DNA of 64,000 bases, taken from NCBI GenBank assembly GCA_002104905.1, contig MCFE01000050.1, forward strand, positions 124,001 to 188,000. The letters run 5' to 3'. The notes below the pieces were generated by a model. That model was not told the origin of the DNA. It worked only from the letters and a program-made list of their open reading frames with translations, and searched no databases. This document shows, one piece after another, positions 1 to 12,217 of the stretch. Position 1 is the stretch's first letter; every line of letters starts with the position of its first letter. Position numbers and translations under genes: made by a program. The stretch comes from Basidiobolus meristosporus CBS 931.73. Taxonomy: Eukaryota; Fungi; Basidiobolomycota.

Positions 1-205
1 AGGGGCTTCTTGTAGTGGTCTCTAAAGTGGACTTTACACTAAAGGGGTGCCTAAAGGGTCTTCTTTAGTGTAAAGGGGCTTCTTAAAGGGGTCTCTAAAG
101 GGGTCTTTACACTAAAGGGGTGCCTAAAGGGGTGTCTTTAGAGTAAAGGGGTGTCTAAAGGGGTGTCTTTAGAGTAAAGGGGTTTCTTAGAGGGGACTTT
201 TCCAA
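1..205. repeat. Imperfect tandem array of TAAAGGGG(TGTC)-type units, including CTTTACACTAAAG and CTTTAGTGTAAAG in both orientations
   Basis: TAAAGGGG recurs about every 12-17 bp from the window start to ~200. The 13-mer and its reverse complement both occur. Confidence 0.85.
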
Positions 206-444
206 CAGAAAAGTGGTAGTTTCTTGTAGAACTTAGATTGGATTCTTGTGAGCTTTGCAGTCTCTTTACTGATGTAGTACCAATCAAAGTCAGAATACTC
301 AACAGTGCAAGTGATGCAGGGGAAGTCTTATAACCTTTAAACTTGTAATTGTAGTGTGGAGATTCTGGAAAGAGAGGCTCTCTTTTTATTTTTCAGCTGG
401 GGAAGTCATATATATGAAAATTTGAAGGATCAAAGTTTTTGGGC

Positions 445-565
445 AATTGCGCAAGCAATACACGTGATACAAAGCTAAAATTTTGCAGTGGCGCAGATCG
501 GACATAGGCGCAGCACCTGTGAGATTTTCACGTGATTTGATTGGCTGGTTTGAAAGTTACACGCG
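445..565. promoter_or_regulatory. Small CpG-retaining promoter-like island inside CpG-depleted DNA
   Basis: Cluster of CG dinucleotides with two CACGTG, one CACGCG and a GATTGG (CCAAT) box, while the flanks are nearly CG-free. Confidence 0.4.
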
Positions 566-1181
566 ATCAAAGTCACCCTAGTAATCCTAGCAATAAGGCT
601 TAGTATTTATAATAATTGGACTCTTTTGGTCATAACTCCTTAAGCACTGCTTCAAATGAGCTGTAATTTGAAACATGTGTTGGCTACTATGTGCTCTGTA
701 TGACATAATATTCTTGGGTGGATTGCTTGTCAGGGTCTGGAGCATTTGCTCTTCAAAGTTGGAAATTCTTGATCTTTCACTTGTGTGTTACGATAGCAAA
801 AGCAAAATAAAGAAATGAGTGCAATATTGGTTTAGAGATATTGTAGTAATGGAATACTTTCCATTACCACAGATGGTGTGCTAGACTTTGGACAGCTTCT
901 TGAATATTAGTCCACTTTTCATTATTGCACTCAATGCCTTTACAGATCTTCAATGTCTTTTGATTTTTAGGCTTTGGTATAAATACCACATTATCTCCCT
1001 CCAATGCTGTGATAGGTTTTTCTGTGGGCTTTATCTTTGGGGACTGTTGTTATGCTTCAAAGACTATATGCTGTTCCTCTGCTGTTACATCAGGAAATGG
1101 CTCAATTCTTGGCTGTGACATTCAGCTACTTGAGTTCCTTCTTTGCAGCAAAAATACTGCTTTCTCTACCTGGGATATTGA

Positions 1182-1568
1182 TTACTCTACATGTATTATG
1201 TGCTCATCCTGATCCTGGACTATTTCCTGATTTCTCTGGGCCATTGCATCTATCCTATCAGCCACTGCACCTAATTGCTTCATTAGTGCTTTGATATGAG
1301 CTGACAACATACTTGCTAATGTGGGTGCTGGTGATGTTATAACAGCCACTTGATGGTCTTCAACTGAGGGTACGGCGTATGCCACATTCTCATCTGCCTG
1401 AGCATAATGGTCAGCTTGTGGCTCCACAGAGGTTCTCAATTGTGTACTTGACTGAGAGCCTGAGGAGTCCACATTATTACCTTCAATGGGCACACTATTC
1501 ACAGGACTTATTTTGGATGTAGCCCTGCTTGTTGCACTGAATGTCAAAGCAAGCTGTTGTCCAACCAT
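1182..1568 (-). pseudogene. Degenerate low-complexity/coiled-coil ORF remnant, possibly the second ORF of the CACTA element
   Basis: 128-aa open stretch (…HIKALMKQLGAVADRIDAMAQRNQEIVQ…) oriented divergently from the transposase in CpG-depleted DNA. No family recognised. Confidence 0.3.
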
Positions 1569-2231
1569 TCTTCAGTTGCTGTCAGAGGTGGGGTTTGGTT
1601 GAGAACCAGACAACTTTGCTTTATTTTTTGGCAGAATATATATGGAAGTGAGTCAATCCAAAGGGGAAATAGTGTTACGCATACATGTGTATGTGGTGCC
1701 AAAACTTCATTTATAATGCTTACTATGGTGGGTCATCATTGAATCTTACATTCATGCAGGTGCAATGTCTCAAATACAAGACTGACTTAAATTGACATGA
1801 TTATTGACCAAAAAGTGATATAATAGGACTATGTTGTTGAAGGCCAAACTGTTTACCCCATCAAGAAGACTACTTTGACTCAACACCATAAGAAAAGTGA
1901 AAAAAGATCATGTGGCTATTGTAGTAAGCTGTTCAGCCATGAAGCACAAACACAGCATAGGAAGTATTACAAGGATCATGGCCAGTGTTTTGCAACACAA
2001 GTCATATTTGAACATTCATTGGTCACTACTGTACCATCATTACCTTGCCAACCAGTTGATACTTCTATATTGGCACCTGTCTGTCTTTGTCACCTTGCAC
2101 AAACTGAGTCAGGTGAGTTTTTGATGCCTTTAGGCCCACCTCAGCCTTCTGAATATGGCATGCAGAGTGATAGCTTTGACAAAGAAGGTTCACTGATGGA
2201 TTTTTAGCCTATCTCCCCTAACAACAGCACC

Positions 2232-4083
2232 ATGTATGAGCCCAGTCAAATCCCCATATGCAATGAGACAACACCCACTGAAACAAATGCCAAGGATACT
2301 TTATGGAGCCAAGTGAGCCCAGTAATCCATCTACTGGTGAATGATGTAATGCTGTGGCTAGAGAAGTGGTGTTTTCCCACTAATATCAGTGATGGGGGCT
2401 TTGAGAATTTATTACTACTTCTGGCCAAAATCTTACCAGGAAGCAACCTACCATGTACATGGTACAAGTGGACAACTGTCATGCAGCTGGCAACATGTGA
2501 TCCAGAGACTGTCCTGATTCCAGCATGTGTTAACGGTTGCATGGCATTCACATCCAAAAATGCTACCGTTGCAACATGTCCAAATTGTTAGGAATCCACC
2601 ACCATTAAGGGAGAACATTGTTCACACTCCAGATATATTGCAGTCATATCCCATCTGAGGAAGCTGATGCAGTCTGATAAATATTGCAAAGCTATGCAGT
2701 ACCACACTCAGTATCAATCTAGTGCAAACATATCCAACATTTCTAAAGGCAAACATTACAAACAGCTAAGAAGCCAGGGCTACTTTGAAGGTATGTATGA
2801 CCATGCCTTTACTTTACCGCTAGATGGATTCTCATTAAACAAGTACTCTACCAGCAAATCCTGCCAGCCATTGATTCTCATCAATCTGAATCTGCCACCC
2901 ATCTTATGGTGTCAGAGTAATAATCTGATGGACACAGAGAATGTACAGAAGTAAGCATGCCATTGCAGCAAAGTTGGCAAGCTATAAGCCATTGGCCAGA
3001 TTATGGAATTAATTGGAAACCAGAGATACTTAAGATAGATGGTATCTGTTGGAACAAATTATTCATATGCATATGCAACAGTACAAATGCAAAGACTGGA
3101 TGAGCTGGTTTATATTTATTCAAGTGGTGTTCTGAACCCATTCCTACCAAGAGTACATTGGAAGCATTTGGAGTCATATGTGGACACTGTAGGAATATTT
3201 ATCCAAAAGCAGATCTCCAATACCAACTTGATGCATCTACAGCTGTTGTGCAAAGAGTTTGTGATGGGATTTGAGTGGCTATACTACAAACATAAAGCTG
3301 AATGCCTAGATCTCTGCCACTACTGTATCCATTTGCTACTCCATCTTGATTGGTGTGTTAAGAATATTAGGCCTTACTTCACCTTTTGGGAGTTTCCTAC
3401 AGAGCAGATGTGTGGGGTGATAGGAAGACAAGTCAAGTTGCAGGTACTACCATATCCCAATCTCATCCAGAATATTACTTTCAAGTCCATCATGGATTTG
3501 ATGAGTTGGCACATGGAGGACAGCCAGGAAGAGTTGGAAAATACTAAGGACAAATGTGCACATGGAGACACCTATGCCAATGGCATTAAGAAGCTAAGCA
3601 GCCCCAATGCATGGGTAATCAGTTAAGTAATGCAAAGTTGGGTAAGGTGCAACAAGCAACTAATTTTTATCAGGAAAACTCTATCAAGGTATGCCAGATT
3701 CCTCTTGGTTACAAGCCAACTTCTACACCATTCAATACAGAATTTGCACAAACAAAAGCCAGAGTGCCCCTATAAGGGGGACTAGAATCCAGCAGGGAGA
3801 AGGAATATATTGGCTAAATACCAAGAAGTTCTTTGTGGATATGCAGGAGGTATTCATGGCAGAAGTGGCAACAACCAAGCATATGTTTACAAGATGTATA
3901 TGTTACCAGCAGTACATGGTATATGGCAACTTTGCAAGTATCACACTTAAGAGCCACAAAGTTGAGGTGATAAAATTATGTCAATTGTGGCAGGTGTGCA
4001 CATTTGTAGAGGTTAGTAAGCAGGAGGCCATAGTTTTTTTTGATTTAAACTATATGTGGAGTACCCAAGGTAGTAGTGGGTGA
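2232..4083 (+). mobile_element. Degenerate CACTA/EnSpm (Tnp2/Transposase_21-type) transposase pseudogene
   Basis: Motifs IPACVNGCMAFTS..TCPNC; LPLDGFSLNK..PLILINLNLPP; FVMGFEWLYY..CIHLLLHL..PYFTFWEFPTEQMCG..PYPNL. Multiple stops and frameshifts. The central catalytic segment appears deleted near 2,950-3,040. Confidence 0.8.
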
Positions 4084-4114
4084 GCCAATAGAGAGCGGTG
4101 ATTCTACAGCCAAA

Positions 4115-4849
4115 TAGACTTGTTCCGTTGGATAGTGCCATATTGAGCCATGAGTGCCAAATGATGCCATAGTGTGCCAGAGAGGCCAAGTGAATCTATA
4201 CTTGGCCGCAGAGTGTGAAACAGAGCTCTGCATCTTCATGCAAAGCAGCCCCTGTGTTTCACCTATGATGTAGGAGAAAATCCATTTTTTGATGTTTTTT
4301 TGTGGATCAATGTTGTGCAGAATGTGTAAGAGCACAGAAGAACTGAAGACATGCATCAGGTACACAATACCCATGGCACTCTGAATCTAGCTCCTGTGGC
4401 TTATAGCATGTAACAAAAATGGATGGCACTATCTTGGTCCACTGGTACTATCTGGCACTATGATTGCTTTGTATAGATTTTACTTTGGGGCTAATAAGTA
4501 AATATAGTGCCAGATAGTACCAGTGGACCAAGATAGTGCCATCCATTTTTGTGACATGCTACAAGCCACAGGAGCTAGATTCAGAGTGCCATGGGTATTG
4601 TGTACCTGATGCATGTCTTCAATCTTATTGTACTCTTACTCATCCTGCACCACAGTGACCTAAAAAAAAGGTCAAAAAATGGATTTTCTCCAACACAATG
4701 AGTGAAACACAGGGGCAGCTTTGCATGAAGATGCTGAGCTGTGTTTCATACTCTGTGGCCAAGTATAGGCTCACTTGGCCTCTCTAGCACACTATGGCAT
4801 CATTTGGCACTCATGACTCAATGTGGGACTATCCAACAGAACAAGTCTA
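4115..4849. mobile_element. Foldback/MITE-like element: ~345-bp inverted arms (4115-4461, 4504-4849) around a 42-bp spacer, TA at both ends
   Basis: Left end TA|GACTTGTTCCGTTGGATAGT and right end ACTATCCAACAGAACAAGTC|TA. The arms align as reverse complements along their length and contain repeated (A)TAGTGCCA/TGGCACTA motifs. Confidence 0.9.
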
Positions 4850-5297
4850 ATATATGAATTGCACAACAGGAGTTAGAAATAGGAAATACTATATGGTAAA
4901 TTGGTATGGTAGCATTATACAGAACCAGCTGTAGGCTGTCATACTGCCAATATAATGCCATAAACATCTTACTGTGAGGCCATCAAAATGCCATCAGGTT
5001 TCTTGCCATATAAGGCAACTGGAATGTCCTGGCCAGTTGGATCCACTTAAAATAGTTGTAGAGCACTAAAAGACTGCTACAATACCATGCAACTATTGTC
5101 ACAGCACCAATAAAGTATTGTCAAGCTTATCCCTTTATTTGGTAGTAAAATTAGCAGAACACCATTGTAATCCTGTCATAAGATTGTTAAGAGGGTCACT
5201 AATTCCAAGCTGCTGGTACTATGATGGTCTCTAAATGGGATCCTGATGGTTAATCTGGATTGGATCCACCTACAGGACCAAATTATTTTTCATAGGG

Positions 5298-7539
5298 GAC
5301 CCAAATGCATCCAATTGATTTTTGGTTGATTGGTAATTTGACCAAGTCCCAAGTTTGATTTTCCATCAGGGCCTGATATTCCTCAGTCATTGCAGATCTC
5401 CAAAACTTCATCTGAAGACTATTTAGGGCCACTTTACAGTCTGCAGTTCATTAATATGGACTGAATAGGCATAGGCTAAGCTTGTACCCTCATTGATATA
5501 GTAGTTTGGGCTCTTTCTTCTCTGGTTGGAGTTGAGATCAAGTTTTTGTCATTATGTGATGTCATTTTTTGTGAAAATTTTGAATTTTCATCAAACAACA
5601 CATCCCTGGACCTGATTAGCTTCTTTGCTTTGTTATTATAGAGTCTGAATGCTTTGCTCTCATTGCAGTAGCCTAGAAAGAAGCATTTTACACTTTTTGG
5701 CTCAAATTTTGACTGATTTCTGGGCAGTTTCTTAGCATCTGCTGTACACCCAAATATTATTAGATGTTCTGCACTTGGTCTGTATCCATACCATGCTTCA
5801 AATGGAGTCAAATCACAAAGTGTTCTGTTGTAACTCCTATTTTAAGGTATACAGCTGTGGCAACTGACTCTGCCCAAAAATCATAGAATAACTTTTGATC
5901 ATGGATCATAGTGTTGTAAAAAGATTTGTATTCCACCTAAAAATTCACCTAACTTAGTCACTTAGATCATCACCTTCAAATCCTAGAGAATACTGACCAA
6001 ATTCCTTGCTGGGATTTACTTGGAATATACTCACCAAAATACCAGGTACCCAGAATATGAAAATTCTCAAAGTTGTCCAAACAGTCCCAAAATTTGCACA
6101 CATGTTCTTGGGACCTTCCTTAATCTATTCTATGTGTTTGTAATGCCAAGACCAGGTAAAAGTATAAATACTACTTTTACATTCAATAAATCATTAAGTG
6201 AAAACCACGTAATCTACTTGCTCTCCCAATCACTTCCAATATCACCAGGACTTCTGCTACACATAGATCTTGCCATATCAACTATTGATCTGTATGGATG
6301 TTCTGCTTCTTCATTTTGCTGTGGAGAGTATGGTACAGTAGTCTCTTGCTTTATCCCATGAGTTTTGCAGAAGTGGATGAAGAGTTTTGAGGTTTATTAT
6401 CCACCATTGTCTAACTGTATTTTCTTGATATTTCTCCAGTTTCTCGCTCCACCATGACTTTAAACTCCCTGAACTTAGACAGAGCTTCTTCCTTTCTCTC
6501 CATGAAGTAGACCCATGTGAATCTAGTATAATCATCAATAAAAGTCATTAAATACTTCACCCCACCTAAGGATAAATTTTGCATAGGTCCACACAGATCC
6601 ACGTGAATTAGATCTAATTTCTTCTTAGCTTTGATTAGCCCAGAGCTCTTGAATGCTTGTTTGGCTTGCTTCCCATATATACAGGGTTCACAGTGCTCCA
6701 AATTAGCTGGGGGATCAATTTTACTCCAGAAATTAGCTGATCTTTGATCATTTTGCACAAATAATCACAATTGATGTATCCAAATCTTCTGTTCCAAAGC
6801 ATTGGTGTTTCTTCATTTAGGTTACTTATATTGGCTTCCAGATATGATGGAATATAAGTCAACTTGTATAGATTTTCATCTGGGATATTCAAAGCAATAT
6901 TGGCACCATTTTGATCAGTGGTCCTGCATCCACAATTATCAAAGCTGAAACTGAGTCCTTCTGCTGTGGCCCTGCTTACAGATAGTAGGTTCTTGGCTAT
7001 TTCTGGTACATAGAGTACTTCTTTAAAGGTCAGTGTATGGCTTCCTGCACTGCTTCTAAGGTTTACTTGGATAGTTCCTTCTCCCACTGCATCAAGTGTT
7101 CTATTGTCACCTATGAAAACCTTCTTAATTGGAGTTTCTTGATATTGGGTAAAACTTCTTTTTAGTGTCTAAAGTGTTGTGATGCTCCAGAGTCAATATG
7201 CCATGTCTGAAAATCCTTGTTTGTGGTCATATTTAGTGCAGATATGAATAGACTATCTTTGGTTGTTGCAGCGTACCCATATTCAGGCTTCTTTTGCTGA
7301 TTATCTCTCTTTTTGAGACACCAGTCTGATGTGTGTCCTTTCCTTTTGCAGTAGTTGCAAAACAGGTTGCTGTTGCCTTTGTAGGGTATTTGGTACCTCC
7401 TTTGTTGGTTATCACTGCTTATTAAAGCATTTTCTTCTTCTTTCTTATTGGCGCTTGATTCTCTTAATTCTTGATCCAGGAACCTTCCATATATGCAATT
7501 TAAGGTCAAATCTTCAGTTCTGGACTCTAGGGCTGATAC
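5298..7539 (-). mobile_element. Ty1/copia copy A, degenerate: partial gag with CCHC, protease, GAG-pre-integrase, integrase and start of RT; interrupted by a solo LTR
   Basis: CNYCKRKGHTSDWC zinc knuckle, WHIDSGASQH protease, LDLIHVDLCGPM integrase, KCFFLGY. Near-duplicate of 9,320-11,345. Confidence 0.9.
5912..6261 (+). repeat. Solo LTR (350 bp, TG…CA) with 5-bp target-site duplication CATAG, inserted antisense into the integrase of copy A
   Basis: CATAG at 5907-5911 and 6262-6266. The uninterrupted site (GGATCATAGATCTTGCC) is visible in copy B near 10,065-10,081. Confidence 0.95.
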
Positions 7540-7891
7540 TGTTGTAAGAGTCTTGGAGATATTGGAAGTGATTTGGTGAACAAGTAGATTATGTGGTTTT
7601 CACTTAATGATTTATTGAATGTAAAAGTAGTATTTTATACTTTTACCTGGTCTTGGCATTACAAACACATAGAATAGGTTAAGGGAGGTCCCAAGAGCAT
7701 GTGTGCAAAGTTTGGGGCTGTTTGGACAACATTTTGAGAATTTTCATGTTCGGGGTACCTGGTATTTTGGTGAAAATATTCTAAGTTAATCCCAACAAGG
7801 AATTTGGTCAGTATTCTCTGGAATTTGTAGGTGATGATCTAAGTGACTAAGTTAGATGAATATTTAGGTGGAATTCCAAATTTTTACAACA
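7540..7891 (-). repeat. 3' LTR of copy B
   Basis: TGTTGTAA…TTACAACA termini. Polypurine tract TGAGTGGGAG (minus strand, 7892-7901) directly adjacent. Confidence 0.93.
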
Positions 7892-10800
7892 CTCCCACTC
7901 AGCTAAATGTTCATACTGACTAGTCCTAATTTTGACCTAAAATATTCAAACTTGTCTCTAGCTAATGGTTTGGTAAATGTGTCTGCAATCATTTCATCTG
8001 TAGGACAGTAAACTAAGATAACTAAGTTATTCTCTGTAGCTTCACATATGAAATGATGTCCAATATCTATGTGCTCAGTTCTAGCATGAAAAGTTGGATT
8101 TCTACCTAATATACATCCTGGATTATCTTGAAATAAAGTAATAGGCGTTTTTTGACATAGGCCTAAATCTGTAAACAGCTTTCTTAACCACATTGCTTCA
8201 TTTGTAGCTTCACAGGCTGCCATATACTCTGCCTCTGTGGTGGAAAGTGCTACGGTTGGTTGCTCTCTTGAATTCCATGAAATTGCTGCTTTACAGTAAA
8301 GAAAGGTGTATCCTGTGGTGGATCTTCTGTCTTTCAAATTTTGTCCCCAATCAGCATCAGAGTATCCCAGAAGATCCTGTTTTGAATCCTTATAAGTGTA
8401 TCTTAAGCAGATATCAGCAGTTTCTTTTAGGTATCTAAAAATCTGTTTAACTGCTGCAATATGATCAGATTCATAGTTCTTATTATGTTGGCTGACAACT
8501 CCCACTGAATATGAGATATCTGGACGTGTTCCAAGCATGATATACATCAGACTGCCGACCATAGATTGATAAAGAAAGTCAGGGCTTTCAGATGGCACCA
8601 AGCTCTCTTGATTTGGTTGAGTTTTGACCAAGTTAAGGTTTGTCTCCATTGGGGTAGCTGCCGGTTTACAGTCTTCCATTTGGTACTTCTTTAGTATGTC
8701 TTGAATATACTTGGATTGGCTTAGGGTGATAGTGTGGGTACTTATGTCTATGGAGAACTTAATCCCTAAGTAGTAACTGAGTTCTCCTAGATGGGACATC
8801 TTGAACTCTTTTGATAGGCTGGATTTAGTCTCTTCCAATGTTGCTAGGTTATTGGCAGCTATAATAAGATCATCCACATATAGAGCTAATAGAACTGGAT
8901 TTGCTCTATCTGGCTTATAATGTATACTATAGTCAGCATTACTCCTTTTGAAACCCAAAGATTCCAAATAAGAATCTATCTTGCAATTCCAGGCTCTTGG
9001 TGATTGTTTGAGACCATATAGTGACTTTTTAAGCTTGCAGACCAAATGTGGGTTATCTTGATCAACAAACCCATCAGGCTGGTCCATATACATGTCCTCA
9101 TCAAGTTCTCCATTCAAAAATGCAGTTCTTACATCCATTTGATGAATAAAAAACTTATATTTGGCTGCAATAGCCAATATTAATCTGATGGAATTAAACT
9201 TGGCTACCAGTGCAAAGGTCTCAGTATAGTCAAGTCCTTTTGTTTGAGAGTATCCTTTGGCCACAAGCCTTGCTTTGTATCTTTCAATTGTACCATCAGC
9301 CTTGTATTCTGTCTTGAAGACCCATCTGCATCCAATTGATTTTTGGTTGATTGGTAATTTGACTAAGTCCCAAGTTTGATTTTCCATCAGGGCCTGATAT
9401 TCCTCAGTCATTGCAGATCTCCAAAACTTTATCTGAAGGCTATTTAGGGCCTCTTTTACAGTCTGGGGCTCATCAATATGGACTGAATAGGCATAGGCTA
9501 AGTTTGTACCCTCATTGATATAGTAATTTGGGCTATTTCTTGTCTGATTGGATCTCCGGGCATTTGATACTGAAATGATCACTTATGGGATATTCCTGGG
9601 CACTGATTCTGGCTGAGCCACGGTTGTAGAGTCCTCTGGAGTGAAAAAATTTTCATTGTTTTGCTGTGATTCAATCCTGACAATTTATGGACTTGAGATC
9701 AAATTTTTGTCATCATGTGATGTCATTTTTTGTGAAAATTTTGAATTTTCATCAAACAACACATCCCTGGACTTGATCAGCTTCTTTGCTTTGGTATTGT
9801 AGAGTCTGTATGCCTTACTCTCATTGCAGTAGCCCAAAAATATGCATTTTACACTTTTTGGCTCAAATTTTGACTGATTTCCAGACAGTTTTTTGGCATA
9901 TACAGTACACTCAAATATTCTTAGATTTTCTGCTCTTGGTCTGTATCCATACCATGCTTCAAATGGAGTGGAATCACAAAGTGTTCTGTTATAACTCTTA
10001 TTTTTAAGATATAGAGCAGTGGCAACTGATTCCACCCAAAAATCATGAGATAATTTTTGATCATGGATCATAGATCTTGCCATATCAATTATGGATCTGT
10101 TAGCTCAATCTGCTACTCCATTTTGCTGTGGGGAGTATGGTACAGTAGTCTCTTGCTTTATCCCATGAATTTCGCGGAAGTGGATGAAGAGTTTTGAGGT
10201 ATATTCTCCACCATTGTAAGAGCGTATTTTCTTGATTTTTTCACCAGTTTCTCTCTCCACCATGGCTTTAAACTCCCTGAGCTTAGACAGAGCTTCTTCC
10301 TTTCTCTCCATGAAGTAGACCCATGTTTATCTTGTATAATCATCAGTTAAAGTGATTAAATACTTCATCCCGCCTAAGGATAAATTTTTCATAGGTCCAC
10401 ACAGATCTGAGTGAATTAGATCTAATTTTTCTTAGTTTTGATTAACCCAGAGCTCTTGAATGGTTGTCTGGCTTGTTTCCCATATATGCAGGCTTCACAG
10501 TGCTCCAAATTAGCTGGGGGATCAATTTTTACTTTGGAAATTAGCTGATCTTTGCTCATTTTGCACAAATAATCAAATTGATGCGTCCAAATCTTTGGTG
10601 CCAAAGCATTGGTGCGTCTTCATTTAAGTTACTTATATTGGCTTCCAGATATGATGGAATATAAGTCAACTTGTATAGATTTTCATCTCTGATACCCAAA
10701 GCAATATGGGCACCATTTTGATCAGTGATCCTGCATCCACAATTATCAAAGCTGAAATGAGTCCCTATGCTGTGACCCTGCTTACAGATAGTAGGTTCTT

Positions 10801-11857
10801 GGGTATTTCAGATACATAGAGTACTTCTTTAAAGGTCAGTGTATGGCTTCCTTCACTGCTTCTAAGGTTTACTTGGAGAGTTCCTTCTCCCACTGGATCA
10901 AGTGATATATTGTCACCCATGAAAACCTTCTTAATTGGAGTTTCTTGATATTGGGTTAAACTTCTTTTTGGTGTGTAAAGTGTTGAGATGCTCCAGAGTC
11001 AATATACCATGTCTGAGAATCCTTGTTTGTGGTCATTTTTAGTGCAGATATGAATAGTCTATCTTCAGTTGTTGCAGCAAACCCATATTCAGGCTTCTTT
11101 TGCTGATTATCTCTCTTTTTGAGACACTGGTCTAATGTGTGTCCTTTCCTTTTGCAATAGTTGCAAAACAGGTTGCTGTTGCCTTTGTAGGGTCTTAGGT
11201 ACCTCCTTTGTTGGTTATCACTGCTTATTAAAGCATTTTCTTCTTCTTTCTTACTGGTGCTTGATTCTCTTAATTCTTCATCCAGGAACCTTCCATATAT
11301 GTAATTTAAGGTCAAATCTTCAGTTCTGGACTCTAGGGCTGATACAAGGCCCTGAGACTTGTCTGTCAGGCTATTCATGTTGGTAACTATCACATCCTCT
11401 TCAGTAGTTGGTACACCCACAGATTCCATTTCATCTACCAGCAGGGTAATTCTGTTAATTAGATTTTCCATTTCTTCTCCTGGCTGCATTTTTGTAGTAA
11501 AGAATTTTTGTCTCAGATACATCTTCTTAGCAGCTGAACATGACTGTAGGTGTCTTCTAATGCTTTTCAGGCATTCATTGCTGTTTTGCTCTTGAGCATT
11601 GAATTAGCAATTTGTCTTTAACATTAAGGCAAATGCAGTTAAAGGCACTTTGTTCTTTCTTCTGGTACTTCAAGGCTTCCTCTGTCATGTTTTTAGGAGG
11701 GCATTCTTCTCCCATGACCATATCCCAAAGGCCTCTTTCTTGTAGCAGCATCTTCATCTTCACCTTCCACACTTAGTAGTTAGATCCATCCAACTTTTCA
11801 GCATAGGGAAAAATTCCAGTAATAGCAGTAGTCAACATTGCAGAGAGTGACACCTTG

Positions 11858-11869
11858 GGGCTCATAACC
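11858..11869 (-). promoter_or_regulatory. Primer-binding site GGTTATGAGCCC
   Basis: Directly abuts the LTR at 11870. Resembles the GGTTATGGGCCC PBS of Drosophila copia-type elements. Confidence 0.75.
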
Positions 11870-12217
11870 TGTTGTAAGAGTCTTGGAGATATTGGAAGTG
11901 ATTGGGAGGACAAGTAGAATATGTGGTTTTCACTCAATGATTTATTGAATGTAAAAGTGGTATTTATACTTTTACATTGTCTGGGCATAATGAACATGTA
12001 GAATAGGCTAAGGAAGGTCCCAAGAACATGTGTGCAAAGTTTGGGGCTGTTTGGACAACTTTGAGAATTTTCATGCTCTGGGTAACTGGTTTTTTGTGAA
12101 AATATTATAAGTAAATCTCAACAAGGAATTTGGTCAGTATTCTCTAGGATTTGAAGGTAATGATCTAAGTGACTAAGTTAGGTGAGTATTTAGGTGGAAT
12201 TACAACTTTTTACGACA
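11870..12217 (-). repeat. 5' LTR of copy B
   Basis: TGTTGTAAG…TTACGACA termini, homologous to 7540-7891, with the PBS adjacent. Confidence 0.92.

Larger units (their letters stand above)
7540..12217 (-). mobile_element. Ty1/copia copy B, near full length with two LTRs: gag-PR-IN-RT-RNaseH, frameshifted
   Basis: 559-aa RT/RNaseH ORF 7903-9582 (RYKARLVAKGYSQ, LYVDDL, GYSDADWG, TEAEY). Integrase 9685-10600, gag 10956-11790. PR-IN-RT-RH order is diagnostic of copia. Confidence 0.95.

Noticed and set aside
1-205. Telomeric repeat or CRISPR array
   Set aside because: Units are irregular, are not TTAGGG-like perfect repeats and have no unique spacers; eukaryotic context with no cas genes.
4456-4509. 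CACTA…TAGTG at the centre of the foldback element as a mini-CACTA
   Set aside because: The flanks (TGG/CCA) are inverted rather than a direct 3-bp TSD; the motif is simply part of the arms.
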